Shown here: positions 13,861 to 25,172 of the stretch, piece after piece
Position numbering within the stretch: the first letter of the stretch is position 1
How the letters are laid out: each line of letters starts with the position of its first letter
NCBI RefSeq assembly: GCF_006345805.1
Contig: NC_043021.1
Location: 1,860,001 to 1,924,000 of the forward strand
Direction: 5' to 3'
Length of the DNA stretch: 64,000 nt
From: Octopus sinensis
Lineage: Eukaryota
Notes under the pieces: generated by a model
Database searches by the model: none
Told to the model about the DNA's origin: nothing
What the model saw: only the letters and a program-made list of their open reading frames with translations
Made by a program: the position numbers and the translations under genes

Positions 13861-14979
13861 TCTCTCTCTCTTTCTCCATTTTTCTTCCAGTTTTGTTGCA
13901 TCACTCCTGAAATAACTTATACAAACAGACCCAGGCCCATCCGAACAGATTGTATCCACCACCACCACCACCACCGGGCAAACGAATGCACTGGGCCCTA
14001 TTGTATTTATTTATTGACAGCAAGCCACAACATACATGGATCAGAATTGGGCCCCTAAACCCATGTGGACCCCAAGCAACTGCCTAGTGTGCCCATGCCT
14101 TAAGTTGGCCCCAAACAGTCACCAGTATTGACGAGGGATAAAACTGAAAAACTTAGTGTTTGGGGGTTCCTCGCAAGTTAGGGAGACAGGTTTACTTTGC
14201 CTTTCATTGTTTCGGGGTCAATGAAATAAATAGCAGTTGAACACAGGGGACAATGTGATTGAGTTTCCCCTTACCCCAAACTTGTACAGAACCAATGATG
14301 GTAAATGGGCAGAACCATGATCATGCCAGGTACAATGCTTGGTAGCATTTCACTTCATCCGTCTTCACATTCTGAGTTCAAATTCTGCCAAGGTCAGCTT
14401 TGCCTTCCATTCTTTCAGGGTCAGTGAAATAAGTATCAGATGCATCCTGGGTTCGATGTAATCGACTGACCTTCTCCCCACGAAATTTCAGATGTTTTAG
14501 CAACATTTAAGGCTTGTTTTCCATGCTGGCATGGGTTGAACAGCTTGACAGGAACTGGCAAGGTCAGGGGCCACACCCGGTTCCATAGTCCGTTTTGGCT
14601 GGGTTTCTACAGCTGGATGCCCTTCCTAATGCCAAACCACTCTACAGAATCTATTTGGTACTTTTTACATGGCACCAGCCCCAGTGCTTTTTATGTGGCA
14701 CCTTGGTTTTAGGATATCAACTCCTTGGCTTTTGGATATCCCAGTATTTCAATATGCGTGCAATGATATTACAGCTACAATCCACATAAGGACCATCACC
14801 AATAACATAAACAACATCCTTACAGATCAAATGAATGACAGAGTCTACAGATGGTAAATCAGTCTGTTAGAAATAAGTCATATCTTCTGAGATGATATGC
14901 TACTATTTTAAAGGCATGAAGGCTTTATGATAAAATAAAAGGAGAATGAATGATCAATATGAATGATAACACCTGATAT

Positions 14980-15033
14980 ATCATTCATCTTAGTCTTATC
15001 ATTCATATTAGTCTTATCATTCATCTTAGTCTT
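14980..15033. repeat. 18-bp minisatellite, 3 copies (ATCATTCATCTTAGTCTT)
   Basis: Three tandem units with one substitution. Confidence 0.85.
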
Positions 15034-15127
15034 CTCAATCAGAGCTGGCAAAGGAGCAGTGTCCAATATCTTTGGTAAGTGAATTCTTTATATTTTATAT
15101 TTTACAAGATGCAAGAGCCTTATTTTA

Positions 15128-15555
15128 GAGTGGCTGTGTGATAAGTAGCTTGCTTGCCAACCACATGGTTCCAGGTTCAGTCCCACTGCATGGTACCTTG
15201 GGCAAGTGTCTTCTACTATAGCCTCAGGCTGACCAAAGCCTTGTGAATGGATTTGGCAGATGGAAACTGAAATACATATATATATACATATATATGTATG
15301 TATATGTTTGTGTGTCTGTGTTTATATATATATATACATATACATATGTATGTATATGTTTGTGTGTCTGTGTTTGTCCCTCCACCATCGCTTGACAACC
15401 GATGCTAGTGCGTTTATGTCCCCCGTAACTTAGTAGTTCAGCAAAAGAGACCGATAGAATAAGTACTAGGCTTACAAAGAATAAGTCTTGGAGTCGATTT
15501 GTTCGACTAAAGGCAGTGCTCCAACATAGCCACAGTCATATGACTGAAACAAATC
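15128..15555 (+). mobile_element. SINE family B
   Basis: Matches 6149-6535. Confidence 0.85.
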
Positions 15556-15769
15556 AGAGTATTATTCCAGTTGCCAGGAATGTGTTTAATGTGTAAAATT
15601 GTTGTTTCCAATCATGTTACACAGCTATACTCAATGCTATATGTTCAAGGGTGGTTAACAGGGTGGATGGAGTGCTGAAGAAGAAACAAGATCTTCTGAA
15701 ATATGCATATACACCCATTACCTACAGTTCTAACTTGGGAATGAGAACCCAGGTTCGAAATTTCCCCAA

Positions 15770-15815
15770 GGCACCTGATGAAGGCTGGAGGGTATATCAG
15801 ATGAAACGTTGTGTT
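15770..15815 (+). ncRNA. Minimal type-I hammerhead ribozyme-like motif (Penelope-like pLTR type), helix II partly degenerate
   Basis: GGCAC-CTGATGA-A-GGCTG gagggtatat CAGAT-GAAA-CG-TT-GTGTT; helix I GGCAC/GTGTT; palindromic AACGTT in place of helix III. Confidence 0.55.
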
Positions 15816-16331
15816 AACAACAAACAAGATGAGGACATTTCATTTTTGGATTTGGTTTGCAAGATTCTTTGTGTGAGTTCGTGTGTTGAAGCATATTTTG
15901 TTGTGTCTGGGGAGAGTCATTTTTTTTTTCTTATACCTTATGATTTAACACACTCACTGGTAAAATATCCACTTTTTTCTTATTTATATTTTTATTTATT
16001 TCTTATTTTAAGGTTAAATAGTAATTCCGTTTATGTTTGTGTAACTGAGATATTTTGGTTGGATTATATAGTTAGCACGGAATTTTTTCAGCGAACAGGT
16101 CGCAATCTCAAAGCGACGAAACTATTTTGACAAATTAAATTTAAATGTTGAAGTGAATCTAACGGATTTTGTGTGTTTCTTAAATGGCTTATAAACACCT
16201 TCCACGCTGCAATTGTTTTCGTTCCAGCACACGATCTCAGATCAGGTCACTTGCTATGCAAGTACATCTCCGTTGCATTACTTTCTATATTCTGTAACTG
16301 TCACAATATACTTTTCTAGGCCTGAAATTTT

Positions 16332-16608
16332 TGTGGGGAGGGGGCCAGTTGATTATATCGACTCTGAAAGGACGAAAAGCATAGTCGACCTCGGCAGGAT
16401 TTGAACTCAGAACGTAAAGACACACTGTTTACAGATGCTTACATTTTTTATGTTGTGGGGAGGGGGCCAGTTGATTAGATCAATCTCAGTACACAACTGG
16501 TACTTAATATATCGACTCTGAAAGGACGAAAAGCATAGTCGACCTCGGCAGGATTTGAACTCAGAACGTAAAGACACACTGTTTACAGATGCTTACATTT
16601 TTTACGTT
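16332..16608 (-). repeat. Tandem duplication of a SINE-A fragment plus flank
   Basis: Units at about 16332-16455 and 16455-16608 are near-identical; the first lacks about 30 bp. Confidence 0.8.
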
Positions 16609-17092
16609 TTCCTTGAATTTTTCACGGGTCCAGCTAGTTATTATTATTATTATTATCAATATTTAGCAGACGCAACAGTGATTCAAAAACTCCGTTTCGT
16701 ACATAAGCACTGGCACATAAGCACTGGTGTGTGTCTGTATACATATGTGTGTGTGTGTGTATATATATATGTGTGTGTGTGTGTGTACATGCGCGCACGC
16801 ACACAGAGGAATCCTTAACTTTTTTCTGTTTTCATTAAAGTTTTTTCGTATTCATTCTTACAGAGTAACTCAAAACTATTCGTGATTCGCCTTGAAAGTG
16901 CAGAAGTTTTCCTTCTTTCTTACATAAGGACTCAAAAAAAAAACAAAATAATCCTAAAAATAAGTGGAAGTGTAATCGACCTTCTGTGGTCGTTGTTTGC
17001 CGGAATTGAAGTAATTAACGTTCTAATGATGACGATGATGACGATGATGATGGTGTTGGTGTGTAATTATACACCGAAAGTGACAACGTTGA

Positions 17093-17137
17093 CGGAAGTG
17101 GTGACCCATTTCTTGTTAAAAAGAGCGCCACTTTGAA
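17093..17137 (+). promoter_or_regulatory. Putative DTYMK proximal promoter: ETS site and CDE/E2F-CHR-like element
   Basis: CGGAAGTG at 17093-17100; GCGCCA-C-TTTGAA at 17125-17137, 35 bp before the ATG, in a locally CpG-rich stretch. Confidence 0.45.
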
Positions 17138-17171
17138 ATCTTAAAAACCATTTCGGACGCACTTCATAGAA

Positions 17172-17319
17172 ATGATGTCCTTCGATCCACCTGAACTCCA
17201 CCGCGGTCAGCTGTTTGTCTTTGAAGGAATCGACCGATGTGGCAAGTCGACGCAATGCGAAAATTTAAAGTCGTCCCTGGAAGGTGTTGGACGAACCGTC
17301 GTTTTGTACAGTTTCCCAA
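17172..17319 (+). CDS. DTYMK: DTYMK exon 1
   Basis: [28 protein letters not shown]...SFP; donor A|GTAAGC at 17320. Confidence 0.93.
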
Positions 17320-20300
17320 GTAAGCCACCAAAACAGAAAAGTCTGGGATTTTTACTTTTTCTCTGTCTTACTCTGTTCTGTTGTTGTTAATGTAATCACA
17401 GCGTTGTCATGTTTCTTTCGTTTGTAATAAGGTTCTTTTGTGTTTGAGCTCGGTCCATCTTACTTTGGGGCGAATGCAGAATCGAACTTTTCCTTAAAAA
17501 ATGCATTTTGTCTTGAATACAAACCGGTTTCTGAGAAACAAACATTAATCTTGGCCATTTGCTTTTTATATTACGCGCGTAAAAATGATGGGAGACGCCT
17601 TTTCGGTATAAAAAAAATTTGTAATAAAAATATAAAACTTGAAAATATATTTTCAGACGAAAAGGTGTGTCATTTGAGGGAGATTTAGCTGTTGTTTCTG
17701 GGCATTTCTACATATATGTGCCCCCTCCCGATTTTGGATATTTTTTAATGTAATTTTCTACGCTTCAGATTGTGTAGATTCAGATTATCGGAATACTTTT
17801 CGGTAAAAAAAAAATTTATAAAAAATCTTTAATATTTTCTTACGTAAAGGTGTGATTTATGTGAGATTTAGCTGTTGTTTCTAACATATCCCACGACTAC
17901 CTGGTACCTCCTTCGTTTCTTGGTCACTGTCACTCACATATGTATTGATGTTTTTCCATATTTTTCTCTCCATAAACATATTTTATGAAATGATGATGAT
18001 GCAGAAGTAACAACACGCAGGTTTAGTTTGGCCCAAGGGTGGTCCATTTCTGGGATTTAAGTAACAAAAAGAAAGTTTTTTAAACACCACCCTCCCTCAT
18101 TCCGCACCAAGCGTGTCCGTGTGTGTGTGAGGGAGAGAGAGATAAACCATTTACTAACTGAAAAGAATTAAAATAAGATCTGTTACAGAACTGTTTTAAA
18201 TCACTGGATAATTCCCACCAATGTCCTCGGACTCTCCAATACGTTTAAATTATAAAGAGCAAAGGTGGGGTGGGGAAAAATCTTTACTTTTCTCTTCGTA
18301 AATCTGTATTTTTTTACACTCTCACACACGAACTCACTTGGGGGAAAGAGGAACAAGGAAGGTCCCAGGTAGGATGTGCTAGAAGCAACAGCTAAATCTC
18401 CCTTAAATTACACAACTTAAGTGCATAGTGCAAAAAAAAAAAATTGGCTATCTTTCGTTTTGACTCCATAAGAAGCTCCTTCCAATCATTCTGAAAGTCC
18501 TGGTGAAATAAAAATTGGGAAAATCGCCGTCAAAACGGAGGAAATCCATTTTATGTGGACATCCTGATCCGAAACTTCGCCAATATTAGAATTTAATATG
18601 AAAAGGCAAAAAAGAAATGGTGTGTACACCTTACACTGACACTTGGAATTTCGGCAAAATGTGATGTGTGCAACACCTAATTTAAAAATTTTTTATTCCT
18701 ATTAAATTCTTATATAATCGGAATCTGCTCTACCAGAAAGGTATTTTTTTAAAATTTCATTTAAAATTATTAATCTTCTGAAAATTACGGGGAAACAAAA
18801 GTCGGGGAGGGGAACAACTTGTGTAGGTTTGTTGATTTGTGTTCGAAACCCCAGCTTAGCGACAAAGCTGTTTTACTAAATTCTTCATTATTTTCGAAAT
18901 AAACTGAAATAAAAGGCAGATTATTTCCACGGAGTTCTGATATTATAACGGACGGCGGCGAGCTGGCAGAATCGTTAGCACGCCGGGCGAAATGCATTCT
19001 GCCGTTACGTTCTGAGTTCAAATTCCGCCGAGGTCGACTTTGCCTTTCATCCTTTCGGGGGTCGATAAATTAAGTACCAGTTACGTACTGGGGTCGATAT
19101 AATTGACTTAATCCGTTTGTCTGTCCTTGTTTGTCCTCTCTGTGTTTAGCCCCTTGTGGTAAGTAAAGAAATAGGAGTTCTGATATTATAACGGTTCGTC
19201 CTTTTGATACCCTATCTGTGGGTTGAAACGAACCTATTCTGAGACTATTCCTGGTTCTATGATATATGTCCAGTTTTAAATTTAAAAAAAAAAGCTTTCA
19301 ACAAAACTTCTTGTTAAATTGTTTCAAACACCAAAGTTATTTTAGTAAACTTTAATTTTAGAAATTAAAGGCAGAGAATTTATTTCAACAACGCCTTTCT
19401 TTGAAAACAGAACAGAATGAAATTTTCTACAAATATGCTTCAGATAGCAAAGGTTACGATTATATCGGAATTTGTTGGGGAAAAAATTTTCCCCCAATTG
19501 TAGGGAAAGGAGTTTTGGAAAATTCGCACAAGCCAGCTCATTTTATTTTCATAACTTTCAGAAATGCAGACATTTTTTTTTAACGCCTCTCCCAGTGATT
19601 ACCATCCAGATAATGTAGATTACAATGGTATTGGAATTTAATGGGGGGGGGATGGTTAGCGTACGCACAAACGCACATCAGTGGTAAGGAACTCTTTCAA
19701 GAGGGCTGAACAGCAGAACCTCTTCAGAGAAGGAAACCCCCATCTCTGGCAAGTGGTTCGGCCCTTAACTTCTTACACTCAAAGGGGGCTGGGCCATATC
19801 CAGGTCATGACTCCTGGATGCCCTTCTGCTAATAGGTTTCAGCTACTTGGATGTTGGAGATTTCGTCTGGTTTGTCACTCCTCGCCGTTGACTCATCTTT
19901 CATACTTAAATAAGAAATAGCGTTGGTTGTCATGGTAGCAGTGAAACGTTAACGTTATCACGACGACTGGCTCAGAGTTACTTCCCTTAGCATTAAAATC
20001 TGGAAAATATTGCTTTCGAACAGTAATGGAGGTCGTTTTTGTTCCCCCTCGACCGGATCCAGCTGGAGCATCTCTCCGTTGTCTCTGATATTCCATTATG
20101 GCTTCTAGTCCCATTCTTTCCAGAAATTGATGAGATTGTAAGCAGGTTTGCCCACAAAGCCTCCGGCTCCAACCCATATGCTGAGAACCGTGACCCAGCA
20201 GTTTGCTTCCCCCAGGCTGATGGTCAGACTGGCCTATTCTGCTTTCAAACGGTGCAGTGAGTTCATTCAAAATCAGTAGATTTGATGAACTGGAATGAAA

Positions 20301-23300
20301 TATGATATATCCAGCTTCTGGCCACTCTTATTCGTGATTTCTAGTTACTTTGGTCATCATCATCATTGTTTAGCGTCCGCTTTCTATGCTAGCATGGGTT
20401 GGACGGTTCAACTGGGGTCTGGGAAGCCAGAAGGCTGCACCAGGCCCAGTTTCATCTGGCAATGTTTCTACGGCTGGATGCCCTTCCTAACGCCAACCAC
20501 TCCAAGAGTGTAGTGGGTGCTTTTTACGTGCCACCGGCACAGGTGCCAGACAAGTCTGGCAAACGGCCACGATCGGATGGTGCTTTTTATGTGCCACCGG
20601 CACGGGGGCCAGGCGAGGCTGGCAACGTTAATCCTAAAGTTTTTCTGGCCTCTGCTGACCTACGCTATCAGAAGTAGCACAGTCTAGGGCATGGAGGGCC
20701 AACATCAACAAGTACACAAGGAAGTGGCTGGACAGCCCCCCACCACCAGGTTTTACTTAGGTTGCACTCTACTGGCTTCACTGCACTGTGAAAAGTTTAT
20801 CAAAGACCACTTAGAGTTGTGTAATGCCAAACAGGACAGGTGAGGTGATCTTACAAGTTAAATTGAATCACCAGAGAGCTTGGAGGATCTTTTGACACCC
20901 CAAGAGTTGATAGCAGCAGTTAATGGCGAAGCAATAATGTTTTCTCTGATAAAAGTAATTTTCTTTCCTTCCTCCTTCTGCAGATCGTGAGACGGCTATT
21001 GGTTCTGTGATAGATAAATATCTTAAGAAAGAAATCGATTTACCTGACCAAGCGATCCACCTTCTCTTCACTGCTAATCGATGGGAGACCATGTAAGTTG
21101 TTACCAATTTTTGTATCTTCTGTAATTTTTTTTTTTACTTTCAAAGGATCTGTATTGTATACAGTATTTTCAGGCATGCAAGTCAAATTTTTCAAACCAA
21201 AATTTACAGCAAAAAAAAAAGGTAGGTTGACTTATATACCAAGACAACTTTGGGGGACAAAAAATTCCGTGTGAAAAACAGCAGGATTTGGAAAGATAGT
21301 GACAGTGTTTGAATGTTTACATGATGTGTATACAACAATGACCAGTCTGCTGGAAAATACGGTAAATGATTGCATATGAGTGTGTGTGTGTGTGTGTATA
21401 TGAATATAGGTATGATGTGTGTTTGTGTATATCTACAGTGCCGCTGGACTGGCTCCTGTGCAGGTGGTATGTAAAAAATACCATTTGAGTGTGGCCGTTG
21501 CCAGTACTGTCTGACTGGCCCACGTGCCGGTGACACATAAAAGCACCCACTACCCTCTCAGAGTGGTTGGTATTAGGAAGTGCATCCAGCTGTAGAAACT
21601 CTGCCAGATTAGATTGGAGCCTGGTGCAGCCATCTGGCTCGCCAGTCCTCAGTCAAACCATCCAACCCATGCCAGCATGGAAAGCGGATGTTAAACGATG
21701 AACAAAAACACATACACTTTTATATACACAAAATTATTCTCAATAATAATCCATCTTCTGGCATACAAATTTTCCAGCCAAAAAAGGTAGGTCCACTTAT
21801 ACACGAAGACAACTTTGGAGGACCACAAATTGAATGTAAAATGAAGCAGGATTTGGGAAGATATTGATGATGTTTGAATGTTTACACTATATGCTATGCA
21901 TTACTGCCTTGACTGCGGCTGACCATCGGATATGATCAGCATTTGTGAGGGACATGGTGGACTTGTTGGTCAGAGCTGGCTCAACTTACCTTATACTATG
22001 CTGGGATTGGTCCTGATGAATAAGGTTATGTGAAGGCTGGGTGAGGACAGGAATAAGGTGGGTTGGCTCTACTGGAAATGTAATATCTGTCTGCATGATC
22101 GATGATAACAAAAGGGTTCACATAGATCTATTCAGTTTGTTGTTTAGCCTCAGGCCAGCCCTGATTGAGCTGCTTTATGATAAAAAGCCATCCAGCCATG
22201 ACCATCTTTGTGTTTTTATATATATTTCTTCCCTACCCACAAGGGGCTAAACATAGAGGGGACAAACAAGGACAGACAAAGGGATTAAGTCGATTACATC
22301 GACCCCAGTGCGTAACTGGTACTTAATTTATTGACCCCCGAAAGGATGAAAGGCAAATTCGACATCGGCGGAATTTGAACTCAGAATGTAACGACAGACG
22401 AAATACCACTAAGCATATCGCCCGGTGCGCTAATGTTTCTGCCTGCTCGCCGCCATATCAGGAACGACACTAGAGGGCATGAATCAGCTCCCTCATTGAT
22501 GCTGCCACCTGTTATGGGGAGTCTTTTTGGTGTGTCAGTGTATTTGAATGCTAACCAAACCGAAGGGATGTTATTTACAAGACCGTTTCTGTGACTTCTT
22601 TGCGTCTGATTACATTGAAAGACAATTTTCAGTGATATTTTTTTATGTCATTTGCAGGAAAGATATCCAAAAGATGTTACTTAATGGTGTCACAGTTATC
22701 ATGGACCGTTATGCTTACTCAGGAATTTGCTATTCTGTTGCTAAAGGGGTAAATATTGTTTTCTGTATGTATGTCTTTTTATTTCTTCATTGTCTTCTTC
22801 TTTGTTGGCACCGCAACCGTCACTATCACCATTTAACATCCGCCTTCCATACTGCCATGCTGTTCTGTTGCTAAAAGGATAAATATTGTTCTCTGTGTGT
22901 GCACAACTCTGGTCAAGATCTGAGATCCAACGCACCACCAAAGTACGGATCTACCAAGCACTGGTGCAAACGATTCTCCTTTACGGCAGCGAGTCATGGC
23001 CAATGAGGGTGGAAGATATTAAGCGACTAGAATCCTTCGATCACTTCTGTCTACGCCGCATCCTTCGTGTCCGATGACATCACTTTGTCTCCAACAATTC
23101 GGTGCGACACCAGTGCAGAATCACCTCTCTCCGACAAGTCATCCTAACGAGATATCTGCGTTGGCTGGGTCATGCCCTCCGTCGTCAACCAGGAGAATTC
23201 ATCTACGAAGCAATTGCCCCGGCTCCCCTTCAGGGTTGGCGAAAGCGATGTGGTGGACAACAAAAAACTTGGCTGATGACAGTTAAGGCTGATCTGGAAC

Positions 23301-25134
23301 CCAACCTAGGCCCCCATATCTATGGCGTTCGCTGCTGGAATAAGGAGTGGTTGGAGATCCCGCGGTTGTTAGCGTCAAATTGCCAGGTCTGGTCGGCGTT
23401 TGTGAGAGATGCAGCATTGAGGAAGAATGAAGCCAGCTCAACCCACCCCGGGTGAATGCTGTCTCAAGTCAAAAAAAGTCTGTGTGTGTGTGTCTTCATC
23501 ACCGTTTAGCATCCACCTTCCATGCTGGCATGAGTTGGACAGTCCAATAGGAGCTGGCAGACCAGAGGATTGCACCACGCTCTACTGTCCACTTTGGGAC
23601 AGTTTCTACGACTAAATCATCATCGTCATTCTAAATGTCCGATTTTCTATGCTTGCATGGGTTGGATGGAATTTGTGGTGGTGCATTTTCTACGGCTGGA
23701 TGACTTTCCTGTTGCCAACCCTTGCCAATCTCCAAGTGAGCCGATGTTACCACATGGCCAGACATGTATTCACTGCATATTGGAAATAACGCACACCACT
23801 GATTTACTCGTTAAGTAAATGAGACTTCTACTGTCATGTGATGTCAGGACATAGAGACGGTAACACAAAGGTATGGTGCTCCAACATGACCACAGCTGCA
23901 TAGCTGAAATGAATAAAAAAAATATGACAAGCAGGCTTCTTTCAGTTTCCATCTACCGAATCCAATCACAAGGCTTTGGTCAGCCAAAAAAAAAAAGAAG
24001 TTGCTTGTGCAAGGTGCCAAGCAGTGGGACTGAACCTGGAACCATGTGGTTGGGAAGCAAACTTACAATCCAACCACACCTTTTGTACCTATTAATGATT
24101 TTTATTTAGAAATTAAATAATTGTAATTTGCTTTCCTCCCCAATATGAAAGATGGACGAATCAATGATTAAACTGCTTCTGTAATTAATAAGTTAATTAG
24201 CTGTCATCATCAGGGTTCACTCCCACCACGTGACACCTTGGGCAAATGTCTTCTATAGCCTCAAGCCTACCGAAGCCTTGAGTGGATTTTGTAGATGGAG
24301 ACTGAAAGAAGCCCGTTATGTCTGTGTTTGTCCCCCACCCCTGCATGACAACCAGTACTGGTGTATTTACATCCCCATAACTTAGCAGTTCGTCAAAAGA
24401 GACCAATAGAATAAGTATCAGGCTTTAAAAAAAAACGTATTTGAGTTGATACATTTGACTAAAATTTCGAGGCAGTACCCCAGCATGGCCACAGTCAAAT
24501 GACTGAAGCAAGTGAAAGATAGATGTAAGTGGGCTTGGATTGGTCTGCCTCTGTCTTGATTTTTAGAAACATCAACTGTAATTTGACTTTGTTTTGATTT
24601 TTTGCAGACCCTTTCGCTTTTATGGTGCAAGGCCCCTGATAGAGGCATCATCAAACCAGATTGTATCTTCTTTCTTGATTTGAGTCCATTAAAAGCAAAC
24701 AGACGAGCGGGTTACGGTGAAGAACGGTACGAAGTGATTGAGTTCCAGGAGAAAGTTCGTGACCAATTTTTGAAAATAAAAGATAGTTCTTGGAAGGTAA
24801 CACCCCTCTCTCTCTCTCTCTCTTTATGTATGTGTGTGAGACTGTTGTATACAGAAGTATCAATCACTTAGAGTTGATGGAACCGGTAGAAGAGGGAGAC
24901 GAAGAGGACAAGACTTTAGCGTTGAAGGCTGATCTCAAGACACTAACCCTTATGAAGGAGATGATTAAGGACTGAGATATTTGGTGTTGGTTCCATGTAA
25001 AAAGCACCCAGTACACTCTGTAGAGTGGTTGGCATTAGGAAGGGCATCCAGCTGTAGAAACCATGCCAGAATAGTCAATGGAGTCTGGTACAACCCTTGG
25101 CTTTACCAGCCCCATCAAACCCTCCAATCCATGC

Positions 25135-25172
<38 letters not shown>

